In this document: positions 1 to 8,492 of the stretch, piece after piece
How positions within the stretch are numbered: position 1 is the first letter of the stretch
How the letters are laid out: every line of letters starts with the position of its first letter
Assembly (NCBI GenBank): GCA_950072105.1
Contig: CATMOE010000070.1
Location: 1-15,610, forward strand
DNA length: 15,610 bases
Source of the DNA: an uncultured Dehalococcoidia bacterium
GTDB taxonomy: Bacteria; Chloroflexota; Dehalococcoidia; Lucifugimonadales; UBA3495
Reading direction: 5' to 3'
Notes under the pieces: model-generated
Seen by the model: only the letters and a program-made list of their open reading frames with translations
Database searches by the model: none
What the model was told of the DNA's origin: nothing
Program-made: the position numbers and the translations under genes

Positions 1-2
1 TC

Positions 3-923
3 ACTCGGCTGGCCATGCTGCTGACCGGCGAGGCCGACATCGCCTCCCTGTCCCGGGACCTACAGCTGGAGGCCCTCAGGCGAGGGATGTCCATTGCCGA
101 GGCCGGTGTACCGACCAACTACCTTTCCCTGTACTTGGGCGGTATGTACTTTACCAAGGACAGCCCCTCCTTCGACCCCGCCGTGCCCTGGGCTAACCCG
201 GACACGGGCAAATTGGTCCGCCAGGCCATGAACAAAGCTATCAACCGGCAGGAGATGCTGGACTTCGTGCTGCGGGGTCAAGGCGACCTCTTGCTCAACA
301 CCAGCTTCCACCCCATTCTGCGAGGTTGGAACCCCCAGTGGGAGAAGGACTGGGAAGAGCTCTACGGCTTCGATCCCGACAAGGCTATTGAGCTGCTAAA
401 GGAAGCCGGTTACGGGCCTGATAACCCCTTCGAGTTCACCATCTGGAACTACATCTCCTCCGACGAGCCGGAGACCCCGGTGATGATAGAAGCCCTTATC
501 AACTACTGGGAGCCGGTGGGCATCAAGGTGAGCCTGAAGGACACCGAATGGGGGACGGTGCGGAAGTACTACCGGGGGAAGACATCTCAGATCAAGGAAG
601 GTGGTTGGGGCAACGTGATTACTATGCGGTCGCTGACCACCATGTTTCGCCTTTGGACCAGCAAAAATACCCACTTTACCCAGACGGACCTTATGTTCGA
701 GAATCAAGCTACATACAAGAACCTCGAAACTTTAGACGAAAAAATCATTACCGGCCTGATCAGGGAGATTGGCGACCAGCGATTCTACAACTTCCACGAT
801 ATCCCCATGTTCTGGTTCCGGCTGTCGGTAGCCTTCAACCCGGACGTGGTGGAAGGCTGGACCTTCCCGGGCACGTCGGGATCCAAGACCAGCCACTGGG
901 ACCTGATTAAGGCGGCCCGGTAG
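3..923 (+). CDS. ABC transporter substrate-binding protein, family 5 (DppA/OppA/NikA-like); 5'-truncated by the window edge
   Basis: The frame is open from position 3 (TRLAMLLTGEADI). Typical family-5 motifs are VRQAMNKAINRQEM, YGFDPDKAIELLKEAGY and YWEPVGIKV. Ends with TAG at 921-923. Confidence 0.88.
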   Translation, partial: TRLAMLLTGEADIASLSRDLQLEALRRGMSIAEAGVPTNYLSLYLGGMYFTKDSPSFDPAVPWANPDTGKLVRQAMNKAINRQEMLDFVLRGQGDLLLNTSFHPILRGWNPQWEKDWEELYGFDPDKAIELLKEAGYGPDNPFEFTIWNYISSDEPETPVMIEALINYWEPVGIKVSLKDTEWGTVRKYYRGKTSQIKEGGWGNVITMRSLTTMFRLWTSKNTHFTQTDLMFENQATYKNLETLDEKIITGLIREIGDQRFYNFHDIPMFWFRLSVAFNPDVVEGWTFPGTSGSKTSHWDLIKAAR

Positions 924-991
924 AGAAGGAAAATAGCCTGTACCGCGGACGGCGTTAGCCGCACCGCATGGCATATATAAAGGTGCTAAAC

Positions 992-1021
992 TGGCCTCCT
1001 GGGGAAATCCCCAGGAGGCCA
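992..1021 (+). terminator. Strong GC hairpin downstream of the SBP gene (terminator or mRNA-stabilising stem)
   Basis: Perfect 13-bp inverted repeat TGGCCTCCTGGGG-AAAT-CCCCAGGAGGCCA, with no clear U-tract on the + strand. Confidence 0.55.
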
Positions 1022-1073
1022 ACTCAATGAATAAGCAAACCTAATCGGTCAGACGATAAATGATGGAGGCGTG

Positions 1074-2288
1074 ATGGCGAGCAGCACTCAAGAAATAAAG
1101 AACATGAAGTTGATCTCTCACCATGACCTGAACGGTTATGGAAATATCGGCGAGGGCGTGGCCATACACAAGACCCGGGACGGCCGGCGGATCTTCTACA
1201 TGGCCCACGTGGCCGCGCCCAAAGATATCACCAGCGTGGACGTAACCGACATCAACAATCCCAAGCTCATCGCCCAGACCGACTTGGAATACCCCCACCT
1301 GCGGTCCAACTCCCTCTCGATAGTTGGCGACACGATGCTGGTGGCCTACCAGTCCACCGACCATAATCAGCCCGGCACCGGGGTTGGCGTTTACGACATC
1401 TCCAACGCGGAAGAGCCCCGCCGCATCGGATTCTGGAACGCCCAGGGTCCTCAGTCCAAGGGCTGCCACTGTCTGTGGTGGGTTGACGGCGAATACGCCC
1501 ACCTGTCATCGGGAACACCGGATTCCCGTCCCACCAACTCCAAGGACGACCAGTTCTACGTGATTCTGGACGTGAAGAACCCCTCCAACCCCGTTGAGGC
1601 CGGACGCTGGCATTTCCCCGGCACTCAGGAAGGGGACAGCGCGCCTCCCTTGGCCAGGCATCCCCAGTTCGATGCCGGCCATAGCCTCCACAACGCCAAC
1701 GTCTACCCCGACCGGCCGGACCGGGCCTATTGCGCCTGGAAAGATTCCGGAGTGGTGACCCTGGACATCTCCGACAAATCAAACATCTCCATGATCGCCA
1801 ACGTGAACTACGCTCCGCCGTTCCCTGGGTTCACTCACACGGTGTTGCCACTGTTCGACCGTGAAATGCTGGTGGTCACCCAAGAAGCCGTCAGGAACGG
1901 AGGCGAAGACTATCCCAAGTTGGTTTGGCTGATGGACAACCGGGTGGAATCCAACCCAATCATAACCAGCACTTTGCCAATGGCCGACACCGAAGACTTC
2001 TTCAACCGGCCGGGCCGATACGGAGCCCACAACATCTACGAGAACCAGCCGGGCGAGACCTCGCTCATCAGCGAAGACCTGGTATTCGGAACGTTCTTCA
2101 ATGCGGGCATCCGGGTGTTCGACGTCAAGAATCCCTTCCAGCCCGAGGAAGTAGCCTACTTCGTGCCCGAGATACCGGAAGGCGCGGAAGCCAACGGCAT
2201 CAACGACATCCACGTGGACGAGAACGGCATCATGTACGTGGTTGACCGGATCAAGGGCGGCATGTACATCCTGGAGCTAAACATTTAG
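1074..2288 (+). CDS. LVIVD-repeat beta-propeller protein (cytoplasmic, His-rich, function unknown)
   Basis: GGAGG RBS at 1065-1069 before GTG(1071)/ATG(1074). Repeated hydrophobic-D-x-x-x-P units (SVDVTDINNPKL, VYDISNAEEPR, ILDVKNPSNPV, TLDISDKSN, VFDVKNPFQPE). No signal peptide is apparent. Confidence 0.8.
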   Translation: MASSTQEIKNMKLISHHDLNGYGNIGEGVAIHKTRDGRRIFYMAHVAAPKDITSVDVTDINNPKLIAQTDLEYPHLRSNSLSIVGDTMLVAYQSTDHNQPGTGVGVYDISNAEEPRRIGFWNAQGPQSKGCHCLWWVDGEYAHLSSGTPDSRPTNSKDDQFYVILDVKNPSNPVEAGRWHFPGTQEGDSAPPLARHPQFDAGHSLHNANVYPDRPDRAYCAWKDSGVVTLDISDKSNISMIANVNYAPPFPGFTHTVLPLFDREMLVVTQEAVRNGGEDYPKLVWLMDNRVESNPIITSTLPMADTEDFFNRPGRYGAHNIYENQPGETSLISEDLVFGTFFNAGIRVFDVKNPFQPEEVAYFVPEIPEGAEANGINDIHVDENGIMYVVDRIKGGMYILELNI

Positions 2289-2316
2289 GCTTTCGGACTT
2301 GCTCTGTTGACATCAT

Positions 2317-2383
2317 CCGTTCGCCCTGAGCCTGTCGAAGGGCGGAGGCGCAGGGAGTGGTTCGACAAGCTCACCACGAACGG
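2317..2383. repeat. REP-like extragenic palindrome (CCGTTCG..TGAGC.TGTCGAA / TTCGACA.GCTCA..CGAACGG type)
   Basis: Inverted arms CCGTTCGCCCTGAGCCTGTCGAA and TTCGACAAGCTCACCACGAACGG are separated by about 21 nt, between convergent genes. Confidence 0.75.
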
Positions 2384-2420
2384 GGTTTGTGGCGCTGTGT
2401 CCTGGAAATACTTAGCAGGC

Positions 2421-2467
2421 AAAAGCAACGGGGGAGGGTCCTTGGTGGACTCTCCCCCGTTTTTGTT
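2421..2467. terminator. Bidirectional rho-independent terminator
   Basis: A 15-bp stem AACGGGGGAGGGTCC-TTGGT-GGACTCTCCCCCGTT (one G-U pair) is flanked by AAAAGCAA and TTTTTGTT, between the convergent LVIVD and dioxygenase genes. Confidence 0.85.
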
Positions 2468-2485
2468 CAGGTTGGCTTACCCAGT

Positions 2486-3526
2486 CTATTTAAAGAGAGC
2501 CAGGCACTTGGGCGCGTTGAATATCCATGTCTCGGCCCACTCCAACACCTCGGGCTTGCGGCCCAGTTCTTCCATCGCCCCCACCAGGCAGAACCAGTTG
2601 AGCACTTCTTGCTGCCCCGAATCCTCTATCTGAGCTAAGGAATAATCCCGCCACTTGTCGTACTCCCCAGCTTTCAGGTGCTCCAGCAATACCCGGTCGG
2701 CGGGCAGGTCTGGGTAGATCCAGTTGTTCTTCTTGGTGAGGAAGGCGTGGGACCAACTGGAAGAGGCCATCACCACCACCCGGTACGGGCTGTCCATCAG
2801 GACCTGCGCCGTGGCCTTGCCGATCTCCATGCAACGCTTCGGGGTGGGAGACGGAGGGTCGGGCTCGTCCGAATGCTCGTTGGAGCCGCCCCGCATGCGG
2901 ATAATGTTGCTGCCGTAGCAGTTCACCGCCACCGGCAAGATGGGATAGTCGAACCCGCTCCGGTCCTGGTCCAGATACAGCAAGGTATTGGCGAAGGCGT
3001 GGCCAAGTCCCTCCTCGTGGAGGGGCTTGTAGGCGTAGGACATGTCCACACCCTTGTTGATCAACCCGGTGACCAGGTACCGGCCGGCTTCCTGGTGTCC
3101 CGGCGACCGGAACACCTTGTCTTCCGGCTCGCCCCAAATGTTGGGACGTCCCCGCGTGCGTTTGAACGGCTGGAACTCGATCTGGTCGTAGGCCAGGACG
3201 CAGAAGGGCGGGATAATGTCCTCTTTGAAGTTCTCGTACTGGTCGTCTCCCCAGATCAGAACAAAGTCGGGATTGAATGCGTCTATCTCATCGCGGATCT
3301 TCTGGAAGGCCTTGAGGACCTTGGCCCGATGGGCCTTGTGGGAGGTTATCCCCTCGTCATCGCCCCACTCCTCCCGCATGGGCGCGGGCCAGTTGGCGGG
3401 GTCTTTCATGTGAGGAGGGATCCGCTCATCGCTCTCCAACATCCTGACCAGGGGCCAGGGCTTGTATTCGTCCGGCACCAGACCGGGCGGGTAATGAGTC
3501 GCGCCGACACCTAGTATTTCTCCCAT
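2486..3526 (-). CDS. Class III (LigB/DesZ-type) extradiol ring-cleavage dioxygenase-like protein
   Basis: N-terminal GATHYPP, then WGDDQYENF, GHAF, SSSWSHAF (SGGLSH-equivalent) and SGQQEVLNW. GAGGTG RBS upstream of the ATG at 3526. Confidence 0.8.
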   Translation of the reverse strand: MGEILGVGATHYPPGLVPDEYKPWPLVRMLESDERIPPHMKDPANWPAPMREEWGDDEGITSHKAHRAKVLKAFQKIRDEIDAFNPDFVLIWGDDQYENFKEDIIPPFCVLAYDQIEFQPFKRTRGRPNIWGEPEDKVFRSPGHQEAGRYLVTGLINKGVDMSYAYKPLHEEGLGHAFANTLLYLDQDRSGFDYPILPVAVNCYGSNIIRMRGGSNEHSDEPDPPSPTPKRCMEIGKATAQVLMDSPYRVVVMASSSWSHAFLTKKNNWIYPDLPADRVLLEHLKAGEYDKWRDYSLAQIEDSGQQEVLNWFCLVGAMEELGRKPEVLEWAETWIFNAPKCLALFK

Positions 3527-3610
3527 GGTTACACCTCGCTAAGGAAATTCGTATCGAGTTTGAAACCATAACAAGCAACAGGCTCCAAAACTCGCCGTTA
3601 CTTGCTCACT

Positions 3611-3639
3611 TTCGTCCGTATATTGTGCGGGAGTATACT
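3611..3639 (+). promoter_or_regulatory. Possible sigma70 promoter of the MFS gene
   Basis: TTCGTC(3611-3616)-N17-TATACT(3634-3639). It overlaps the ORF-track GTG at 3625, which argues for a later start. Confidence 0.35.
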
Positions 3640-3699
3640 GTTCTACGTTTGGCGGGTCAACAGGTTCGCCAAACGGCAATGGGGGATTCTAAGCAAAGC

Positions 3700-4965
3700 A
3701 TGCAAGAATCGGAAGCGGAATCAAGCTCGGCCACTACGGAAGAAGCCGTAAGCTCACCAGTAGAGCGCAACATCATTCTGTGGCTGACCAACGTCTCCCA
3801 CGGGGTTAATCACTTCCAGAATCAGATGATGGTGGTATTGTACCCCGTCATCATGCCCGAATTGGGCTTTGGCTACGCCGAACTGGGATTGCTCCTGGCA
3901 GTCCAAAGCATGCTTAGCGGCGCGACCCAGGGCTTCTACGGGTTCGCCACTCCCTTCCTACCCCGGACATGGCTACTGGGCATCGGCAATCTCGTCCTGG
4001 GTTTGGGTACATTCGCCACCGGCTTCGTCAACTCCTTTGGCGGAATCGTGGCAACCCGGGGTGTGGCTTCCGTCGGCGCCAGCGCCCAACATCCAGTGGG
4101 CTACAGCATGCTGGCAGGCTACTTTCCCAACGCCCGCGGCAAAATAATCGGGCTGAACAGCAGCATCTCCAATGTCGGCAGTCTGCTGGCGCCCCTGACC
4201 GCCGGCGCAATGTTGGTGATCATGGGTTGGCGGCAAGTGTTCATGATCGTCGCATCTCTGAGCATCGCGATGGGGCTCATCTATTTCTTGTTCCGAAAGC
4301 GGGTCGATCCGGTCACCAGCCAGGCGTCGACCAGCAAAGAAAAGCTGATTCAAAGCACTTCCAGCTACCTGAGGGTCTTTCGGAACAAGAACATGATCTT
4401 GGTTTCTCTGGTCATGATGGTTGGCGGGGCTGGAAGGGGCGGGGGAGGCATGGTGGCCTTCATGGCCGTGTATTTCGCCACCGACTTGGGGCTATCGACG
4501 TTCATGGTGGCCGTGGCCATCACCACTTTAGGGCTGGGCGGAGTGATCGGTCCCATCGGATTTGGCTGGCTTTCAGACCGGCTTTCCCGCACCGGCATCC
4601 TCCAATTGTCCCTTGGTCTCTCAGCCTTGGCAACAGTATGGGTCGCCTTTCAGGGAGCGTTCTTGCCGCTCCTGCTATTGAGCTTGGTGCTATACGGCAC
4701 GGTGACTCGCTCCCGAATGACTTTGACCCAGGCTATCGTGGCCGACTCCCTTCCCGATGCGGACCGCGACGCCGCGTTTAGCGCCTTCTTCTTCGTGGGC
4801 TTCGCGTCCGGGCCCGTCTGGTTGCTGGTGGTGGGGTCTCTTATGCAGACCCTGGGGTTCTCAGTAGCCTTCTCGGTTCTGGCTGTTTCCTATCTGGCGG
4901 GGATGCTGCTGATGCTATTCGTAACCGGCACCAGGAGCGCCTCCAAGGCACAACTGCGGATGTAG
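3700..4965 (+). CDS. MFS transporter (12 TM); start uncertain (ATG 3679 or 3700)
   Basis: About 12 hydrophobic segments, motif A-like GWLSDRLSR, and HPVGYSMLAGYFPNARGKIIG typical of Fsr-like MFS_1 proteins. Confidence 0.88.
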   Translation: MQESEAESSSATTEEAVSSPVERNIILWLTNVSHGVNHFQNQMMVVLYPVIMPELGFGYAELGLLLAVQSMLSGATQGFYGFATPFLPRTWLLGIGNLVLGLGTFATGFVNSFGGIVATRGVASVGASAQHPVGYSMLAGYFPNARGKIIGLNSSISNVGSLLAPLTAGAMLVIMGWRQVFMIVASLSIAMGLIYFLFRKRVDPVTSQASTSKEKLIQSTSSYLRVFRNKNMILVSLVMMVGGAGRGGGGMVAFMAVYFATDLGLSTFMVAVAITTLGLGGVIGPIGFGWLSDRLSRTGILQLSLGLSALATVWVAFQGAFLPLLLLSLVLYGTVTRSRMTLTQAIVADSLPDADRDAAFSAFFFVGFASGPVWLLVVGSLMQTLGFSVAFSVLAVSYLAGMLLMLFVTGTRSASKAQLRM

Positions 4966-4998
4966 TACAACAACCAGTAAATTGTGGTGGATGCAAAT

Positions 4999-5106
4999 CA
5001 CCTCCTCTCTGACTCTCTGCCATAAAGGGGGCGGGGACAAATCCCTTCCCTCTTGATGGGGAAAGGTTAGGATGGGGGTGCTGCTCCACGCATCAAAATC
5101 ATCTAG
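4999..5106. repeat. REP/MITE-like composite: two opposed CACCCCC-N-CC(T)CCCC-N-GGGG-type units plus a CATCAAAATCATCTAG end
   Basis: A degenerate forward unit lies at 4999-5038 and an inverted unit at 5042-5080 (reverse complement CACCCCCATCCTAACCTTTCCCCATCAAGAGGGAAGGGA). The end sequence is shared with the copy at 10518-10613. Confidence 0.65.
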
Positions 5107-5148
5107 AAACAGTACAAATCAACCCGACCGGAACAGCCACAACAGTTC

Positions 5149-5994
5149 CTACCTCGGCGGAATAACTTGACGGGCCTTTTCGGGCCAGGCGGCGGGGGCG
5201 CCGGCCCTTTCCAGACGCTCCTCGATGGGCAGCGACTCATCCCAGAATTGACCGATGAACCGGCGTCCGTTGGTTTCTGACGACGCCTCCGAAGCCAGCC
5301 AGACCACCGGCGCCTTCATCACATCTGTTTGTATCAGGATATCGCGGTCCAAATCGGGCCTGGGGTCGATCAGGTTGGTATTGGACGCGCCGCCGGGCAC
5401 CAGGATGTTGGCGGTGACCCCGGTGCCCTCCAACTCCTTGGCCATGGTCGATACCAAGGCTTCATGACCGGCTTTGGAAGGGCCATAGGGTGAGCCGTAT
5501 TCCCGATGCATGGTGTCGAAGCTGGTGGTGACGCTGATGATCCGCCCCCACTTCTGGGCCAGCAAGTGGCCCACTACCGCCTGGGACATGAAAAAGGGTC
5601 CGGAGAAGTTGATAGAGACAACCCGGCTCCAGGCTTCGGCCGACGTCTCCCAGAAAGGCACCTGTCCCCCACTACCCAATCCGGCGGCCCTGGGGTTGGT
5701 CCCGGCGTTGTTCACTAGGATATCGAGGCCGCCCAGGCCGTCGATGGTTTTTTGAACGGAAGCTTTGGCGTCATCGGGACTGGACACATCGCAAATGATG
5801 GGTAACACGCAATCGTCGCCGCCGACCTCGCGGATGTCGTTGGCCGTCGACTCCAGCCATTCCTCGTTGATGTCCAGCATGGCGACCCGCGCCCCGGCCC
5901 CCACCAGGGCCTCGGTCATGGCCCGGCCCAGCCCGATGGGGCTGCCCGCGCCGGTGATAATCGCAACTTTTCCTGCCAACGGTTTTTCCTGCAT
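5149..5994 (-). CDS. SDR family NAD(P)-dependent oxidoreductase
   Basis: ITGAGSPIGLG Rossmann motif, LVNNAG and catalytic YGPSK (YxxxK). The ATG at 5994 (MQEKPLAGK) is preceded by a GGGGGA RBS. Confidence 0.92.
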   Translation of the reverse strand: MQEKPLAGKVAIITGAGSPIGLGRAMTEALVGAGARVAMLDINEEWLESTANDIREVGGDDCVLPIICDVSSPDDAKASVQKTIDGLGGLDILVNNAGTNPRAAGLGSGGQVPFWETSAEAWSRVVSINFSGPFFMSQAVVGHLLAQKWGRIISVTTSFDTMHREYGSPYGPSKAGHEALVSTMAKELEGTGVTANILVPGGASNTNLIDPRPDLDRDILIQTDVMKAPVVWLASEASSETNGRRFIGQFWDESLPIEERLERAGAPAAWPEKARQVIPPR

Positions 5995-6089
5995 ATACTT
6001 TCCCCCATCTAACAAGTCGTTATAAACCCGAATCGTTCGCCGACAGTTTAAACCATACCCGCAACATCACCCTGCCAACCTAAAAACTT

Positions 6090-6113
6090 CTCCGTCCCTC
6101 CGTGTCTCTGTGG
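6090..6113. repeat. Short degenerate octamer tandem repeat (CTCCGTCC CTCCGTGT CTCTGTGG)
   Basis: Three related 8-mers seen directly in the divergent intergenic region. Confidence 0.45.
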
Positions 6114-6124
6114 CTATCAAAGAT

Positions 6125-6157
6125 TTGCTTCCCACACGCCTCATGGCTATCATAGCC
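6125..6157 (+). promoter_or_regulatory. Putative sigma70 promoter of the Mo-hydroxylase gene, with an overlapping palindrome
   Basis: TTGCTT(6125-6130)-N17-TATCAT(6148-6153). The palindrome GGCTAT-C-ATAGCC (6145-6157) covers the -10. Confidence 0.5.
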
Positions 6158-6185
6158 GTCAAAGCTTGACACCGGGAGGTGTGTG

Positions 6186-8492
6186 ATGCCCTACGTAGGC
6201 CAGCCCGTAAAGCGGTTCGAAGACGCTCCGTTGGTGACCGGTCAAGGCCGATTCCTGGACGACGTATCGCTGCCCGGCATGCTTTACGCCGCCATGGTCC
6301 GTAGCGACTACGCTCACGCCCGGATCAGGTCGATTGACGTCTCCGCCGCCCGCGACCTGCCGGGTGTGGTCGAAGTGCTGGTGGCCTCGGACATCGCCGG
6401 TACTCTGGAGGATATACCCTCAAGGCCCATGGCGGGCGAGCAGATGATTCAAGAGATGAACCCGCCTACCCATCCCGTTCTGGCCAAGGACAAGGTGTGC
6501 TACGCCGGGCAGGCCATCGCCATCGTGGTAGCCCAGGACCACTACATCGCCGCCGAGGCTATCGAGTTGATCTCAGTGGACTACGAACCCATCCCACCTA
6601 TCATGGACCCCGACGAGGCGGTCAAGCCAGAGTGCCCGGTGATCCACCCGGAGTTGGGCGCCAACGTGTCGATCCGTCTGAAGACGGAAGGGGGCGACGT
6701 GGCGGCGGCATTCGCCCAAGCCGATCACGTGGTCCGGCAGAAATACGACTCCCAGCGTATAGCCCCGGCGCCCATGGAGCCTCGCGGGATCCTGGCCGAC
6801 TTCCAGGTCGATGACGAAACCTTGACTGTCTGGAACTCAACCCAAGCGCCCCATCGGGTCAAGGGCTACCTTGCCGAGGCGCTGAATGTGCCCGTTGACA
6901 AGGTGCGGGTGATCGCTCCTGACGTCGGCGGCAGCTTTGGCATGAAGGATTGCATCTACTCGGAAGACTTGTTGGTCCCCTATCTTTCGATGAAGCTGGG
7001 CCGTCCCATCAAGTGGCTGGAGAGCCGGCAAGAAAACATCCTATCCTATCATGGCCGGGGTCAGAGCCTGGCCATCGAAATGGCGGTGAAGAAAGACGGC
7101 ACGATCCTCGGGATGCGCGTGGAGGTGGTCGCCGACGCCGGAGCCTACTTCCTGCTGACCTCTCCCTCTCCCATATTCAATACGGTGCGCCGCATCAACG
7201 GTCCCTACGTCATACCGGCGGTCAGCGTGGAGCTGGTGGCCGCCGTGACCAACAAGACCCCCACCGGCGCTTTCCGGGGCACCGGAGGACCCGAGTCCGC
7301 GTTCTGCTTAGAGAGGACGTTGGACTTGGTGGCCAAAGACCTGGGATTGGACCCGGCCGATGTCCGCAAGAAGAACTTCATCCCTCCGGAATCGTTCCCC
7401 TACCAAACCATCACCGGCCCCACCTACGACTCGGGAGCCTACACCGAGGGTCTGGACCGGGCGTTGGAACTAGCTGATTACGACGGCTGGCGCCGGAAAG
7501 CTGCCCAGCGAAGCCCGGACCAACCGGCCATAGGCATCGGCCTGGCCACGGTCCTCAAATCCTCCGGGTCGTCCGGTGACCACCGGATAGAGCATGCCCA
7601 AGTGAAGATAGACCTCTTCGGCGAGATCACGGTATTAACCGGACTGTCACCCCACGGACAGGGCAACGATACCTCCTTCGCTCAAATGACCGCCGATGAA
7701 CTGGGAGTCGACCCGTCCCAGGTGCGGGTGGTGCACGGCGACACGGCCCTGTTCCCCAACGGCGTGGGCACCAGCGCCAGCCGGGGATTGATCGTCGGGG
7801 GGTCAGCGTTGTACGGGGTGCTTCAGGAGGCGCGGGAAAAGCTGGCCTCCTTGGCGTCTCAGGTTATGGGCTGCTCCACCGAAGACGTTGGGTTCGGGGA
7901 AGGCCAAGTCTACAACCGGAACGATTCGGATAACGGCATGACCATCGCCCAACTGACCGCCGCGGCGCGGGAAAGGGAGCTGCTGCCCGGCGGGGGTGAC
8001 ACCGGTCTGGACTTTACCGGAAGCTTCACCCTGCCCCGTCCCGCCTACTCCTTCGCCGCCCACGTGGTCGTGGTGGAAGTCAGCCAGGAAACCGGCCACG
8101 TGAATTTCCTCAACTACGCCGGGGTCCACGACAGCGGCCGCATCGTCAATCCCATGCTGGTGGAAGGCCAGATCCACGGCGGCATCGCCCAGGGTATCGG
8201 CCAAGCGTTGACCGAAGGCATGGCCTACAACGAGGACGGCCAGCCCCTGTCCGCCAGCCTCATGGACTACGCCCTGCCCCGGGCGGCCCATATACCCGAT
8301 CTGATCATGGAAAACATCGACACCCCATCCCCCACCAACCCCCTTGGTTCCAAGGGCGTGGGGTCGGTTTCCACGGTCCCCTCCCCTGTAGCCGTAGCCA
8401 ACGCCGTCCTAGACGCCCTATCCAGCGCCGGAGTCCGCCACATAGACACCCCGCTGACGCCAGAGAAGATTTGGCGGGCGTTGCGGGGGTAG
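6186..8492 (+). CDS. Xanthine dehydrogenase family molybdopterin-binding large subunit (CoxL/CutL-like, not form I CODH)
   Basis: GQPVKRFED...VTGQGRFLDD, RSDYAHARI, PMEPRG, STQAPH, PDVGGSFG, AFRGTGGPE, PHGQG, NPMLVEGQIHGGIAQGIGQAL, PLTPEKIW. GGAGG RBS at 6175-6179, with start GTG 6183 or ATG 6186. Confidence 0.92.
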   Translation: MPYVGQPVKRFEDAPLVTGQGRFLDDVSLPGMLYAAMVRSDYAHARIRSIDVSAARDLPGVVEVLVASDIAGTLEDIPSRPMAGEQMIQEMNPPTHPVLAKDKVCYAGQAIAIVVAQDHYIAAEAIELISVDYEPIPPIMDPDEAVKPECPVIHPELGANVSIRLKTEGGDVAAAFAQADHVVRQKYDSQRIAPAPMEPRGILADFQVDDETLTVWNSTQAPHRVKGYLAEALNVPVDKVRVIAPDVGGSFGMKDCIYSEDLLVPYLSMKLGRPIKWLESRQENILSYHGRGQSLAIEMAVKKDGTILGMRVEVVADAGAYFLLTSPSPIFNTVRRINGPYVIPAVSVELVAAVTNKTPTGAFRGTGGPESAFCLERTLDLVAKDLGLDPADVRKKNFIPPESFPYQTITGPTYDSGAYTEGLDRALELADYDGWRRKAAQRSPDQPAIGIGLATVLKSSGSSGDHRIEHAQVKIDLFGEITVLTGLSPHGQGNDTSFAQMTADELGVDPSQVRVVHGDTALFPNGVGTSASRGLIVGGSALYGVLQEAREKLASLASQVMGCSTEDVGFGEGQVYNRNDSDNGMTIAQLTAAARERELLPGGGDTGLDFTGSFTLPRPAYSFAAHVVVVEVSQETGHVNFLNYAGVHDSGRIVNPMLVEGQIHGGIAQGIGQALTEGMAYNEDGQPLSASLMDYALPRAAHIPDLIMENIDTPSPTNPLGSKGVGSVSTVPSPVAVANAVLDALSSAGVRHIDTPLTPEKIWRALRG

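Noticed and set aside
2307..2638. ORFs 2307-2633 and 2357-2638 (SVRPEPVEG..., VRQAHHER...)
   Set aside because: They are translations of the REP-like palindrome running through a terminator and antisense into the dioxygenase gene.
2678..4781. Long alternative-frame ORFs (2678-3514 +, 3969-4781 +) and similar shadows elsewhere
   Set aside because: They are antisense or off-frame shadows of well-supported genes, as expected at high GC, and carry no family motifs.
4841..5089. 82-aa ORF MEQHPHPNLSPSRGKG
   Set aside because: It is a translation of the C-rich REP-like repeat, antisense to the MFS gene.
6186..8492. Calling this gene coxL (aerobic CO dehydrogenase)
   Set aside because: It lacks the form I AYxCSFR Cu-binding Cys and the catalytic Glu, and there are no coxS/coxM neighbours.
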